From an uncultured bacterium (lineage in GTDB: Bacteria > Margulisbacteria > WOR-1 > CAVSGV01), in assembly GCA_963768305.1 (NCBI GenBank), contig CAVYHE010000006.1:10692-74691 (forward strand): a stretch of 64,000 bases of DNA, read 5' to 3'. The notes under the pieces are model-generated. The model saw only the letters and a program-made list of their open reading frames with translations. It had not been told where the DNA came from and searched no databases. A program made the position numbers and the translations under genes. Positions 10,397 through 23,495 of the stretch are shown in pieces (the first letter of the stretch is position 1; every line of letters starts with the position of its first letter).

Positions 10397-11332
10397 TTGA
10401 ACGATTTAAAGAAAAATAAGATCGCCGTGCTCATGGGCGGCAGGTCGGGGGAGCGGGAAGTTTCTTTAAGAAGCGGCAAGAAAGTTCTGGATTCCCTTAA
10501 AGCGCAAGGGTTTCACGCCATCCCCATCGATCCCGATAAAAAGCTCATCGAAAAACTCAAGAAAAACAAGATCGACATCGCATACATAATGCTTCACGGG
10601 AAATACGGCGAGGACGGTACCATACAGGGACTCCTTGAACATTTTGGCATCCCTTATACCGGCTCAAAGATATTGGCTTCCGCGCTGGCCATGAACAAGG
10701 TTGCCGCGAAAAGAATATTCCAGGCGATAGGCGTTCCAACCCCGCAGTACATGACCATCGATCCTGAAAAAAGCATAAAAGACCAGTGCGGAAAAATAAA
10801 AAGGATATTTCCTTTCCCTCTTGTTGTGAAACCGGTGTCGGAGGGCTCCAGCCTTGGCGTGACGATAGTACAAGATGAGAACAAGCTTGAGGATGTCCTC
10901 TCTGATACGGTCAGAAAATTCCATGATGTTTTTATTGAAGAATTCATAAAAGGCAAGGAAGTGACAGTAGGCATACTTGGAAAAGGCAAAGATGTTTTTG
11001 CTTTGCCGATACTTGAATTAAAACCGAAAGCGCAATTTTATGATTTCAAGGCGAAGTACACCGCGGGCGGAACGGAATTTATATTACCCGCGCGGCTGCC
11101 AAAGGATCTGTACAAGCATGTTCAGGAAACGGCGGTGCGCGCGCACAAGGCGCTCGGATGCTACGGCGTATCCAGGGTGGACATTATCGTAAGAGGGGCC
11201 CACACTCCATTTGTCCATGAAGTGAACACCATCCCGGGCATGACGGACGTGTCCGACCTGCCGGCGGAGGCAAAGTGCGCCGGGATCTCTTATGATGAAC
11301 TTGTAGTTAAGATCCTCGAGAGCGCTTTTTAA
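10397..11332 (+). CDS. ddl: D-alanine--D-alanine ligase
   Basis: KIAVLMGGRSGEREVSLRSG at the N-terminus, an ATP-grasp core and EVNTIPGMT near the C-terminus. TTG start. Confidence 0.9.
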   Translation: MNDLKKNKIAVLMGGRSGEREVSLRSGKKVLDSLKAQGFHAIPIDPDKKLIEKLKKNKIDIAYIMLHGKYGEDGTIQGLLEHFGIPYTGSKILASALAMNKVAAKRIFQAIGVPTPQYMTIDPEKSIKDQCGKIKRIFPFPLVVKPVSEGSSLGVTIVQDENKLEDVLSDTVRKFHDVFIEEFIKGKEVTVGILGKGKDVFALPILELKPKAQFYDFKAKYTAGGTEFILPARLPKDLYKHVQETAVRAHKALGCYGVSRVDIIVRGAHTPFVHEVNTIPGMTDVSDLPAEAKCAGISYDELVVKILESAF

Positions 11333-11341
11333 AAATTAAAA

Positions 11342-12118
11342 ATGCCCCATCAAAAAAATAAGGTCCCGAGCAGAAAGAACCTGAAAAGATCGGCCAGCTG
11401 GCTAGTTATGTCAATAGCTCTGGCGCTCGTCATCATTGCGATTATCACCGGGTTCGTCCTTTCACTTCCCGTCTGGAAAACATCAAATGTCAAGGTCATT
11501 GGCAATTCACTTCTTACGAAAGACAAGGTGATCAATATCGCGAAAGTTCCGCTTGGCGAAGATCTTTTCCTCATCGATCTGGATGAAATAAGGGAAAGAT
11601 TTTCCGGGATAATCCAGGTCAAGGATATCCGGATCGTCCGTAAGTTGCCGGACACTATTGCCATCGAAATAAAAGAGCGAGCTCCTTTCGCGATAGCGGT
11701 CATCGGAGGCGGAACATCACTGATCGATGATGAGGGTTATATCATAGCGAAGCAGGACCTGGGGCCCTCATCGGCGGGATACGATATCGTGAAATATCCG
11801 GTCATAAGGGGCATAAATAAAAAATCGCTTGAGAACGGCAACAGATTGAATTCCGGTGACAGGAAATTCATCAGATCTGCGCTGAATTCCATTTCAGGTC
11901 CGATGGCTGCGGGGACGATCCAGATAGACATCAGCAACAGGGATGATATAGCGGTTCTTATCGAGGATATCCTGAAAGTAAATATCGGCGATGCCGTAAA
12001 TGTTGAAAAAAAACTTGGCGTTGCCAAGGCGCTCATCGGGTCGCTGAAAGACAAATGGACAAAAGCGGCTTACATAGACGTAAAAGTTCCGGACAGCCCG
12101 GTCATTAAGTTCAAGTAG
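11342..12118 (+). CDS. ftsQ: cell division protein FtsQ (POTRA domain)
   Basis: Single N-terminal TM helix, then VKVIGNSLLTKDKVINIAKVPLGEDLFLIDLDEIRERF (POTRA). Sits between ddl and ftsZ. Confidence 0.8.
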   Translation: MPHQKNKVPSRKNLKRSASWLVMSIALALVIIAIITGFVLSLPVWKTSNVKVIGNSLLTKDKVINIAKVPLGEDLFLIDLDEIRERFSGIIQVKDIRIVRKLPDTIAIEIKERAPFAIAVIGGGTSLIDDEGYIIAKQDLGPSSAGYDIVKYPVIRGINKKSLENGNRLNSGDRKFIRSALNSISGPMAAGTIQIDISNRDDIAVLIEDILKVNIGDAVNVEKKLGVAKALIGSLKDKWTKAAYIDVKVPDSPVIKFK

Positions 12119-12223
12119 CTGTCAGTACTAAATTCCCCTTGCTTTTCCCCTGAACTCTGCTATATTACTGGGTTACACAGCGTCGGAATCCAATGTTGCA
12201 GGTGCAAAAACAGGTGAAAATAC

Positions 12224-13279
12224 GTGATCGGCGACGGAATAAAAAGTTTCGCTAAAATAAAAGTAATGGGAGTGGGCGGCGGGGGCACCAACGCCGTCAA
12301 CAGGATGATCGGCTCCGGCCTCAAAGGCGTTGAATTCTGGGCTACCAACACGGACCTTCAGGCGTTATCAGTATCGCTCGCGGACCACAAACTCCAGATA
12401 GGCGGAAAACTTACCAAAGGTCTCGGCGCAGGCTCCAACCCCGACATCGGCCAAAAAGCGGCTGAAGAATCCAAGGAAGAGATCAGAACGGCGATCGCCG
12501 ATGCGGACATGGTCTTCCTCACGGCCGGCATGGGCGGCGGAACGGGCACCGGTGCGTCGCCTCTTATCGCGGAGGTCGCCAGGGAAATAGGAGCCCTCAC
12601 CGTCGGCGTTGTCACAAAACCGTTCAGGTTCGAAGGACCGGTAAGGATATCGCAGGCGGAAAGCGGAGTGGTCCTGCTGAGAGAAAAAGTTGACGCCTTG
12701 ATAGTGATCCCGAATGACAAACTTCTTCAGGTAGTTGAAAAACGCACGTCCATCATCGACGCGTTCAAGATAGCCGATGATGTTCTCCGCCACGGCGTAA
12801 AAGGGATATCCGATCTCATCACAGTCCCCGGGCTCATAAATCTCGACTTTGCGGATATCAGGACGATAATGTTCGACGCGGGTTCCGCGATGATGGGTAT
12901 CGGGACAGCGTCAGGCGAGAACAGGGCGGTGGAAGCCGCGGAACAGGCGATATCGAGCCCGCTGCTCGAAGAAACTATCAATGGCGCGAAAGGCGTTGTT
13001 TTCAATGTCACGGGCGGAAGCGATCTGACGCTTTATGAAGTGAATGATGCTGCCGAGGTCATTTACAACGCTGTTGATCCGGAAGCGAACATAATTTTCG
13101 GCGCCGTGATAGACGAGAAATTACAGGGTGAAGTTGTCATCACGGTCATCGCCACCGGGTTCAAACATATTGAAAAAGAGATCGGCGCGGAAGAGACCTC
13201 GATAAGGACGAAGATAAGGCCCGAGCTTTTACAGCCAAAAGAGAAAATAGAACTCCCCGCGTTTTTAAAGAACGTTTAA
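12224..13279 (+). CDS. ftsZ: cell division GTPase FtsZ
   Basis: [13 protein letters not shown], the tubulin signature [10 protein letters not shown], and the C-terminal peptide [13 protein letters not shown] start. Confidence 0.95.
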   Translation: MIGDGIKSFAKIKVMGVGGGGTNAVNRMIGSGLKGVEFWATNTDLQALSVSLADHKLQIGGKLTKGLGAGSNPDIGQKAAEESKEEIRTAIADADMVFLTAGMGGGTGTGASPLIAEVAREIGALTVGVVTKPFRFEGPVRISQAESGVVLLREKVDALIVIPNDKLLQVVEKRTSIIDAFKIADDVLRHGVKGISDLITVPGLINLDFADIRTIMFDAGSAMMGIGTASGENRAVEAAEQAISSPLLEETINGAKGVVFNVTGGSDLTLYEVNDAAEVIYNAVDPEANIIFGAVIDEKLQGEVVITVIATGFKHIEKEIGAEETSIRTKIRPELLQPKEKIELPAFLKNV

Positions 13280-13309
13280 TAATTCTTCACGAAGATTAAC
13301 TGGGAGACA

Positions 13310-13335
13310 GGGATTTTCCCGCGGAGCGGGATCCC
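13310..13335. terminator. GC-rich hairpin between ftsZ and tRNA-Gln (possible bidirectional terminator)
   Basis: GGGAT-TTT-CCCGC-GGA-GCGGG-ATCCC forms a 10-bp interrupted stem. There is no clear U-tract on either strand. Confidence 0.35.
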
Positions 13336-13388
13336 GCAACACATTATTATATTCCATAATAAGGAGGCGGGAGAACCCCGAAACCAAT

Positions 13389-13459
13389 CTGCCGGACTAG
13401 GATTCGAACCTAGATAGACAGATCCAGAATCTGTCGTCCTACCATTAGACGATCCGGCA
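13389..13459 (-). tRNA. tRNA-Gln (anticodon CUG)
   Basis: The reverse complement folds as a cloverleaf: acceptor UGCCGGA/UCCGGCA, anticodon arm ACAGA-UUCUGGA-UCUGU, T loop GGUUCGAAUCC. CCA is not encoded. Confidence 0.85.
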
Positions 13460-13483
13460 ATGATTCCATTTATTTGTCATTGG

Positions 13484-13726
13484 TCACTGCCACCACGGCG
13501 GATTCCACCATTGAGGCTGAAAAATCAGGATGAATAAGCCGTAAAAAACTATGAAGATCGAAAGCCCGATGAATATCTTGAACTGCCAAGACAGCGGCTC
13601 TTTCCACTTTTTTATCATCCAGTAAGAGAAAGCCAGTGCAATAAAGCCGATGATCGTGACCGATATCCCTTTAAATATCGGACTGCTGTAGGTCGCAATG
13701 AAGAAATTTATCCCTTTTGGTTCCAT
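13484..13726 (-). CDS. small membrane protein (3 predicted TM segments), hypothetical
   Basis: 80-aa hydrophobic ORF, co-directional with tRNA-Gln. No family recognised. Confidence 0.5.
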   Translation of the reverse strand: MEPKGINFFIATYSSPIFKGISVTIIGFIALAFSYWMIKKWKEPLSWQFKIFIGLSIFIVFYGLFILIFQPQWWNPPWWQ

Positions 13727-14399
13727 AATAGAAAGATTATATCACAGGGATTTGTTATTCGCGAGATTAGGAAGACAAAACCTTCATTTATATCTCAACT
13801 CGTTCTTTATCATTATATTTTAAACTTGATCAAAAAAAGCTTTTTATCTCGGATTCAGGGTGTATACTATGCTCGTTTCCATAAAAGATAATTTCATTAT
13901 AAAAAAGGAAGTGATGATCATGACAAGGGGTGCTATTTGTCATTCATTTCCGGTTCCGCGCCCAGATAAAAAGATCGACTTGATGACCAGATATTTTAAA
14001 TTATGGCGCAGTGTAAAACTTCTTCTTTTGACCGCCGGTATCATAGCATGGAGCATTTCTTCTGCCGGAGCGGATACATTCACGGTCTCGAATACTGATG
14101 ACAGCGGCGCAGGTTCTCTCAGGCAAGCCATCATCGATGCCAATTCCACTATAGGATCCAGCACGATCAACTTTACAAGCGATGTAAGCGGCACGATCAC
14201 TCTTTTGAGCAGTTTACCAACCACGAGCCAAACTATCACTCTTGATCTTTCAGGCGCGACAGGGATTGTTACGCTTGCAGGGAACACAATGGGTTTTGGC
14301 CAGCCGCTCACCTTGAATGGCGGCGCTCTTACGATCAGTGCGGATTCCGGGATGCCTGGCACAAACGCCCTTACTATTGCCGGCACAGGCGTCGCGACG

Positions 14400-16815
14400 C
14401 TGGATGTGACGGGTGGCGCGGCGATAAGCGCTACTACCGGGACTATTGGCGACAGCGCAGGCTCAACCGGCGAAGTCACTGTTGATAGCTCCACATGGGA
14501 GAACAGTTCTGATCTTACGGTTGGTAACGCAGGCGCAGGCAGTTTATTTATTTCAAATGGCGGGGCGGTGAGTAACAACCATGGTAATATCGGCTACCTC
14601 ACTGGTTCAAACGGCACTGTATCTGTTGACGGTACCGGCTCCACATGGGAGAACAGTTCTGATCTTACGGTTGGCAACTACGGAACAGGCGCCTTAACTA
14701 TTTCAGATGGCAGTGCGGTGACTAACGCCATTGGCATTATCGGCTACTGGGCCGGCTCAACCGGCGAAGTTACTGTTGACGACTCCACATGGACGAACGG
14801 TTCTTATCTTGTGGTTGGCGAAGTAGGCACAGGCGCCTTAACTATTTCAGATGGCGGTATTGTGAATAACGCCGCTAGTGCGATTGCTGACAGCCCCGGC
14901 TCAACCGGTACTGTAACTGTTGACGGCACCAGTTCCACATGGACGAACAGTTCTTATCTTAACGTTGGCAATATGGGTACAGCTGCTTTAACCATTTCAA
15001 ATGGCGGCACGGTGACTAACACCAATGGCTATATCGGCATAGCAGCTGGTTCAACCGGTACTGTAACTGTTGATGGCGCCGGCTCCACATGGGAGAACAG
15101 TTCTAATCTTACGGTTGGAGAATCAGGCACAGGCAGTTTATTCATTTCTAATGGCGGCACAGTGAGTAACGGTATTGGCTATATCGGCTACAACGCCGGC
15201 TCAACCGGGAATGTAACTATTGACGGCTCCGGCTCCGCATGGACGAACAGCGGCAGTCTTATAGTTGGCAACTCAGGCACTGGCAATTTATTCATTTCAA
15301 ATGGCGGTACAGTGAGTAACAACAATTGCTATATTGGCGATGACGCAGGCTCAACCGGCACTGTAACTGTTGACGGCACCGCCTCCACATGGACGAACAG
15401 CGGAGATCTTAATATTGGCAACTCAGGCACAGGCAGTTTAACCATTTCAAATGGCGGTGCGGTGAGTAACACCAATGGTATTATAGGCGCCAGCGCCGGC
15501 TCAACGGGCGAAGTCGTTGTTGACGGCCCCGCCTCCACATGGGAGAACAGCGCTGCTCTTATTGTTGGCGGCTCAGGCACAGGCAGTTTAAATATTTCAA
15601 ATGGCGGTGCGGTAAGTAACAACTATGGCTATATCGGCGGGTATGTAGGCTCAACTGGAACCGTATCTGTTGATGGTGCCGGCTCCACATGGACGAACAA
15701 CTATGATCTTGCTGTTGGCTCCTCTAGCACAGGTGCCTTAACTATTTCCAATGGCGGCGCGGTGAATGACGACAATGGAATAATTGGTTATATCGCTGGC
15801 TCAACCGGCACAGCAACTGTTGATGGTACCGGTTCCACATGGACGAACAGCGGAAGATCTTACTGTCGGAGGCTCAAGTGAAGGCGCTTTAACTATTTCA
15901 AATGGCGGAGTGGTGAGTAACAATAATGGCTATATTGGCTATTATGGAGATTCAACGGGTGAAGTTACCGTTGACGGCCCCGCCTCCACATGGGAGAACA
16001 GCGCTGATCTTTACGTTGGCAACTCAGGCACAGGCAGTTTATTCATTTCAAATGGCGGTACGGTGAGTGCTGACAACAGCTATATCGGGAACAATACTTA
16101 CTCAACCGGTACTGTAACTGTTGATGGCCCAGCCTCCACATGGACGAACAGTAGCAATCTTACAGTTGGCAATTCAGGCACGGGCAGTTTAACCATTTCA
16201 AATGGCGGTACTGTGAGTAACGACGCTGGAATAATCGGTGACAGCGCCGGCTCAACCGGCGAAGTCATTGTTGATGGTACCGCTTCCACATGGGAGAACA
16301 GCGGCAATCTTTTTGTTGGCCTCTTAGGCGCAGGCAGTTTAACCATTTCCAATGGCGGTACAGTGAGTAACAACAATGGCTATATCGGCTACAACACCGG
16401 CTCAACTGGCGAAGTTACCGTTGACGGCCCTGCCTCCACATGGGAGAACAGCGCTGATCTTACTATTGGCAGCTTCGGAACAGGCGCTTTAACTATTTCC
16501 AATGGCGGAACGGTAAATGACGGTGCTGGAATAATCGGTGACAGCGCCGGCTCAACTGGGAATGTAACTGTTGATGGTCCCGGCTCCACATGGACTAACA
16601 GTTCTGATCTTTATATTGGCAACTCAGTCACAGGCACCTTAACCATTTCAAATGGCGGCACCGTGAGTAATAACTATGGCTATATCGGCAATGCCGCCGG
16701 CTCAACCGGCGAAGTCACTGTTGACGGCCCCGGCTCCACATGGACGAACAACAATGATCTTACTGTTGGCAACTCAGGCACAGGCACCTTAACCATTTCA
16801 GATGGCGGGATGGTG
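14400..16815 (+). repeat. coding tandem repeat block A: ~16 units of 144-150 bp (48-50 aa)
   Basis: Unit consensus is roughly STGxVTVDGxGSTWxNSxDLxVGNSGTGSLxISNGGxVSNxxGYIGxxAG. The tccacatgg landmark recurs at 14491, 14641, 14785 and 14935. It resembles the T5SS/PEP-CTERM-associated repeat family. Confidence 0.85.
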
Positions 16816-17615
16816 AATGTTGGAAGCGGTTCCGGAACGATCACGCTGGCAGAAGGCGCCGGCTCGATCGGAACGCTCAATATAGGTTCGGGCGGTGCCG
16901 CTGGATCCGTAGAAGCCGCGGGTATTACAGGAGGCTCAGGCGCCGCTATCCTTAATTTTGATCATAATGAGGCGGGGTATATATTCGCGCCTGACATTAC
17001 CGGCTCACTCGGTGTTACCCAGACCGGCAGCGGCACGACCATCTTAACTGGCACCAACACATATGCAGGTGTTACGACGATCGATGCTGGGACACTCCAG
17101 ATCGGTGATGGTGGTACAGCAGGGAGTCTGGGTACAGGGGATGTAACGGATAACTCGTCGCTGGTATTCAACCACAGTGATGATCTGATCGTGTCAAATG
17201 CCATCTCGGGTACAGGAAGTTTCACCCAGAGTGGTACAGATACTCTTACTCTTACAGGTACCAATACATATACAGGAGCCACGGTCGTCAACACAGGCAC
17301 ACTTGAAGCAGGCGTGGTCGACGCGTTTGGCAGCAACTCGGCCGTGATAATGGCGGATGACCCGACTGCCGTATTGGATCTTAACGACTTCAATACGCAG
17401 ATCGGTTCTCTCACAGGCGGCGGGACATCGGGTGGGAATGTAATACTTGGCGCCGCGACCCTGACAATTGGCGGTGACAACACAAGCCCCACGGCCTACG
17501 CTGGTGAGATCTCCGGCACCGGTGCGCTGATCAAAGTTGGTACAGGCACTCTTACTCTTACTGGTACCAACATATATACAGGAGATACGACGATCAGTGA
17601 AGGGACGCTCCAGAT
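16815..17615 (+). repeat. PATR (autotransporter-associated beta-strand repeat) block 1
   Basis: GSGTTILTGTNTYAGVTTIDAGTLQIGDGGTAGSLG and GTDTLTLTGTNTYTGATVVNTGTLEAG are textbook PATR motifs. This block is paralogous to 23495-24300. Confidence 0.8.
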
Positions 17616-20600
17616 CAGTAGTGGCGGTACGGTAAATGATGGCGCTGGAATAATCGGCGACAGCGCCGACTCAACCGGCGAAGTCATTGTTGATGGTACC
17701 GGCTCCACATGGACGAACAGTTCTGATCTTACAGTTGGCAACTCAGGCACAGGTAGTTTATTTATTTCAAATGGCGGTACTGTGAATGCCGACAACAGCT
17801 ATATCGGGAACAATACTTACTCAACCGGAAATGTAACTGTTGATGGTACCGGCTCTACGTGGACGAATAGCGTGGATCTTGCAGTTGGCAACTGGGGTAC
17901 AGGCAGTTTAAATATTTCAAATGGCGGTGCGGTGACTAATACTGTTGGCGTTATTGGCTACAATACTGGCTCAACCGGGATTGTAACTGTTGACGGCTCC
18001 ACATGGACGAACAGTTCTAGTCTTACAGTTGGTAACTCAGGCGCAGGCAGTTTAACTGTTTTAAATGAAGGTGTGGTGAGTGCTGACTATCTTTTAGTTG
18101 GCAACTCAGGCACAGGTGCTTTAACTATTTCCAATGGCGGGGCAGTGAATAATGGCATTGGCGTAATTGGCTACAGCATTGGCTCAACCGGTACTGTAAG
18201 TGTTGATGGTACCGGCTCCACATGGAATAACAGCGGGGATCTTACTGTTGGCAACTCAGGCACAGGCAGTTTATCCATTTCAAATGGCGGTACGGTGAGT
18301 AACGGCACTGGCTATATTGGCGACGTTGGAGGCTCAATCGGCGAAGTAACTGTTGACGACTCTACATGGACGAACAGTAGTTATCTTGTGGTTGGCTTAT
18401 TCGGAACAGGTGCTTTAACTATTTCCAATGGCGGCGCAGTGAGTAACAACGATGGCGCCTATATCGGCTATTTTGGAGGCTCAACCGGTGAAGTCATTGT
18501 CGACGGTCCCGCCTCCACATGGGAGAACAGCGCTGATCTTTTCGTTGGCGACTCAGGCACAGGCAGTTTATTTATTTCAAATGGCGGCACAGTGAATAAT
18601 AACTATGGCTATATCGGGAACAATATTTACTCAACCGGTACTGCCACCGTTGACGGAACCGGCTCCACATGGACTAACAGCTTTTATCTTATGGTAGGCA
18701 ACTCAGGTACAGGCAGTTTAACTATTTCAAATGGCGGCGCGGTGAGTAACACTAATGGCTTTATCGGCTACAACGCCGGCTCAACTGGTGAAGTCATTGT
18801 TGACGGCCCCGGCTCCACATGGGAGAACAGTTCTGATCTTTATGTTGGCGCCTTGGGCACAGGCAGTTTAACCATTTCAAATGGCGGTGCGGTGAGTAAC
18901 ATCAATGGCTATATCGGCGACTATGAAGGCTCAACCGGCGAAGTCACTGTTGATGGTACCGGCTCCGCATGGAATAACAGCGGGGATCTTAAGGTTGGCA
19001 ACTCGGGCACAGGTTCCTTAACTATTTCAGATGGCGGCGCAGTGAGTAATGGCATTGGTTATATCGGGAACATCGCCGGCTCAACCGGTACTGTAACCGT
19101 TGACGGCATAGGCTCCACATGGATGAACAGCGATTATCTTTTCGTTGGCAGCTCAGGTACAGGTTCCTTAACTATTTCAGATGGCGGTACGGTGAGTAAT
19201 AATGGCGTTGGTATAATTGGCACTAATGCCGGTTCAAATGGCACTGTAACTGTTGACGGCCCCGGTTCAAAATGGGAGAACAGTGGCAATCTTATGGTTG
19301 GTGGCTCAGGTACAGGCAGTTTATTCATTTCAGATGGCAGTACGGTGAGTAACGGCGCTGGCTATATCGCCTACGGTATTGGCTCAACCGGGACTGTAAC
19401 TGTTGACGGTGTCGGCTCAACATGGGAGAACAGCGGAGATCTTACTGTTGGCGAATCAGGAACAGGTACTTTAACTATTTCTAATGGCGGGATGGTGATT
19501 AGCTACGCTGGAATAATTGGTGATAGCGCCACTTCAACCGGCATTGTAACTGTTGATGGTGCCAGCTCCACATGGGAGAACAGTTCTGATCTCATAGTTG
19601 GCAACTCAGGCACAGGCAATTTATTCATTTCAAATGGCGGTACGGTGAGTGCCGACAACAGCTATATCGGGAACAATACTTACTCAACCGGCAATGTAAC
19701 TGTTGAGGGCTCCGGCTCAACATGGACGAACAGCGGGGATCTTACAGTTGGCGGCTCAGGCACAGGCAGTTTATTTGTTTCAAATGGCGGTATGGTGAGT
19801 AATACCAATGGCTATATCGGGAACAATACTTACTCAACCGGTACTGTAAGTGTAGATGGTATCGGCTCCACATGGGAGAACAGCGGAGATCTTACTGTTG
19901 GCGAATCAGGCACAGGCAATTTATTCGTTTCAAATGGCGGCACGGTGAGTGACAACAATGGTTATATCGGCAACTACGCTTACTCAACCGGCAATGTAAC
20001 TGTTGACGGCTCCGGCTCAACATGGACGAACAGCGGCAATCTTACGGTTGGCGAATTAGGCACAGGCGTTTTAACTATTTCAGATGGCGGTATGGTGAAT
20101 GACAACAATGGCTATATCGACATCTTCGGCGGCTCAAACGGGACTGTCAATGTTGATGGCTCCACATGGACGAACAGCGGCAATCTTACGGTTGGCAACT
20201 CAGGCACAGGCAGTTTAGCGATTTTAAACGAGGGTACGGTGAGTAGCGCATATGGCGTGATCGGTGCCGGTGCCGGCTCAACCGGCGAAGTCACTGTTGA
20301 TTATTCAACATGGACGAACAGTTCTGATCTTACTGTTGGAAGCTTCGGAACAGGCGGTTTAACTATTTCAAACGGCGGCGCGGTGAGTGACAACTTTAGC
20401 TGTATCGGCTACGGCACCGGCTCAACCGGGACTGTAACCGTTGACGGCCCCGTATCTACATGGACTAACAGCGACAATCTTACGGTTGGCAACTCAGGCA
20501 CAGGGAGTTTATTCATTTCAACTGGCGGTACTGTGAGTGACAACAACAGCTATATCGGTAACAATGCTTACTCAACCGGTACTGTAACTGTTGATGGTAC

Positions 20601-23495
20601 CGGCTCAACATGGACTAACAGCGGTAATCTTACTGTTGGCAACTCAGGGACAGGGAGTTTATTTATTTCAACTGGCGGTACTGTGAGTGACAACAACAGC
20701 TATATCGGGAACAATGCTTACTCAACCGGTACTGTAACTGTTGATGGTACCGGCTCCACATGGGCGACCAGCTATACCTTGTATGTTGGCCAATCAGGCA
20801 CAGGCGCCTTAACCATTTCCAATGGCGGCGTGGTAATGAACACAAATTGCAATATCGGCTACAGTACTGGTTCAACTGGTGAAGTCACTGTTGACGATTC
20901 CACATGGGCGAACAGCGGGGATCTTACTATTGGCAACTCTGGTACAGGGAGTTTATTTATTTCAACTGGCGGTACAGTGAGCGACCACAGCGGAACTATC
21001 GGCCTCAACGCCGGCTCAATCGGTACTGTAACCGTTGACGGCTCTACATGGACCAATAATTATGATCTTAATGTTGGCATCTCAGGAACAGGCGCTTTAA
21101 CAATTTCAGGTGGCGGTACGGTGAGCAATGCCAATGGCTGTATCGGCAACGGCGCCGGCTCAACAGGCACTGTAACTGTTGATGGTATCGGCTCCACATG
21201 GACTAATGGCCTTGATCTTAAAGTTGGCTTCTCTGGCACAGGCGCTTTAAATATATCAAATGGGGGTGAAGTGAGTGATAGGGGTGGCGTAATTGGCTAT
21301 TATGGAGATTCGACCGGCGAAGTCACTGTTGACGGTGCCAGCTCCACATGGACTAATAGTTCCAATCTTACAGTTGGCGAATCTGGTACAGGCAGTTTAA
21401 CTGTTTCAAATGGCGGAGCGGTGAGCAACACCAATGGCTATATCGGAGACTATGAAGGCTCAACGGGCGAAGTCGCTATTGACGGCGCCACATGGAATAA
21501 CAGTTCTGATCTTTACGTTGGTACCGCAGGCGCAGGCGCTTTAACCATTTCAGATGGCGGTACGGTGAGCGACAACTATGGCTATATCGGCAACAACGGC
21601 GGCTCCACCGGCACTGTAACTGTTGACGGTAGCGGCTCCGCATGGACGAACAACAACGATCTTACGGTCGGCAATTCAGGCGCAGGCGCTTTAACCATTT
21701 CAGATGGCGGTACGGTGAGTAACATAATGGGTTGTATCGGCCTCAACGCCGGTTCAACCGGTACTGTAACTGTTGACGGCTCCGCATGGGAGAACAGTGC
21801 TGCTCTAATAGTTGGCAACTCAGGCGCAGGCAGTTTAACTATTTCAGACGGCGGTACAGTGAGTGACAACTATGGCTATATCGCCAACAATGCCAGCTCA
21901 ACCAGCACTGTATCTGTTGATGGTACCGGCTCCGCATGGGAGAACAGCGGCAGTCTTACTGTTGGCAGATTGGGCACGGGCAGTTTATTTATTACAAATG
22001 GAGGCACGGTTAGTAACAACTATGGTTATATCGGCTACAACACCGGCTCAAGCGGCACTGTAACTGTTGATGGTTCCACATGGACGAACAGCAACGATCT
22101 TACGATCGGCAATTCAGGCGCAGGCAGTTTAATTATTTCAAATGGCGGTATGGTGAATAGCAGCGCTGGCTATATTGGTTACAGCACCGGCTCAACCGGC
22201 GAAGTCGCTGTTGACGGCTCCACATGGAATAACAGTTCTGATCTTATTATTGGCGGCTCAGGCACAGGCAGTTTATTCATTTCAAATGGCGGTACAGTGA
22301 GTAATAACTATGGCTATATCGCCTACAACCCCGGCTCAACCGGTACTGTAACTGTTGACGGTATCGGCTCCACTTGGACGAACAACAATGATCTTTATGT
22401 TGGCTTCTCAGGCGCAGGCGGTTTGATCATTTCAAACGGCGGCACAGTGAGTAACGGCGCTGGTTATATCGGTTACAACACTTACTCAACCGGTACTGTA
22501 ACTGTTGACGGCCCCGGCTCCACATGGACGAACAGCGGCAATCTTACTGTTGGTAACTCAGGCACAGGCAGTTTAGCCATTTCAAATGGCGGCACAGTGA
22601 GTGCCGACAACAGCTATATCGGCAACAACGCCGGCTCAACCGGCGAAGTCATTGTTGATGGTGCCGGATCCACATGGGAGAACAGTTCTAACCTTACGGT
22701 TGGCTTCTCAGGCACAGGCGGTTTGATCATTTCAAATGGCGGTACGGCGTATAACTACTATGGAACAATTGGCGATAACACCGGCTCAACCGGTACTGTA
22801 ACTGTTGACGGCTCCGGCTCCACATGGACCAACAACAATGATCTTACGGTTGGCAACTCAGGCACGGGCAATTTATTTATTTCAAGTGGCGGTACGGTGA
22901 GTAACGCAAATGGCTATATCGGCTATAACGCCAGCTCAACCGGCGAAGTCATTGTTGACGGCGCCGGCTCCACATGGGAGAACAGCTCTGATCTTACGGT
23001 TGGCGAATCAGGCACAGGCAGTTTATTCATTTCAAATGGCGGTACGGTGAATAGCTGGTATGGCTTTATCGGCTACTACACCGGTTCAACCGGCACTGTA
23101 ACTGTTGACGGCGCCGGCTCCACATGGACGAACGCCAATACTATTTATGTTGGCGACGAAGGCACAGGCAGTTTAACCATTTCCGAGGGCGGGGTGGTGA
23201 CTAACATCAATGGCTATATCGGCAACGCCGCCGGCTCAACCGGCACTGTAAGTGTTGATGGTCCCGCCTCCACATGGACGAACAATGATACTCTTACGAT
23301 TGGCAATTCAGGCACAGGCAGTTTAACCATTTCAAATGGCGGTGCGGTGAGTAACACCTATGGCTATATCGGCACTGACGCCGGCTCAACCGGTACTGTA
23401 ACTGTTGATGGCCCCGGCTCCACATGGACTAACGGCTATGATCTTTTCATTGGTATCTCAGGCACAGGTGCTTTAACCATTTCAGATGGCGGTAT
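17615..23495 (+). repeat. coding tandem repeat block B: ~40 units of 144-150 bp
   Basis: Same unit as block A. Some neighbouring units are almost identical, for example 20491-20610 versus 20641-20760. Confidence 0.85.

Noticed and set aside
15851-15858. Programmed +1 ribosomal frameshifting as an explanation for the two breaks in the giant gene.
   Set aside because: There is no slippery or rare-codon context. Identical single-base-insertion lesions hit murA, pyrG, the recombinase and others, so a technical or mutational origin is far more parsimonious.
14400-23495. A regular ~147-bp periodic repeat that could be mistaken for a CRISPR-like or satellite array.
   Set aside because: The period is a multiple of 3 (144-150 bp). 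Units are in frame and encode a conserved protein repeat. There is no short repeat/unique spacer structure and there are no cas genes.
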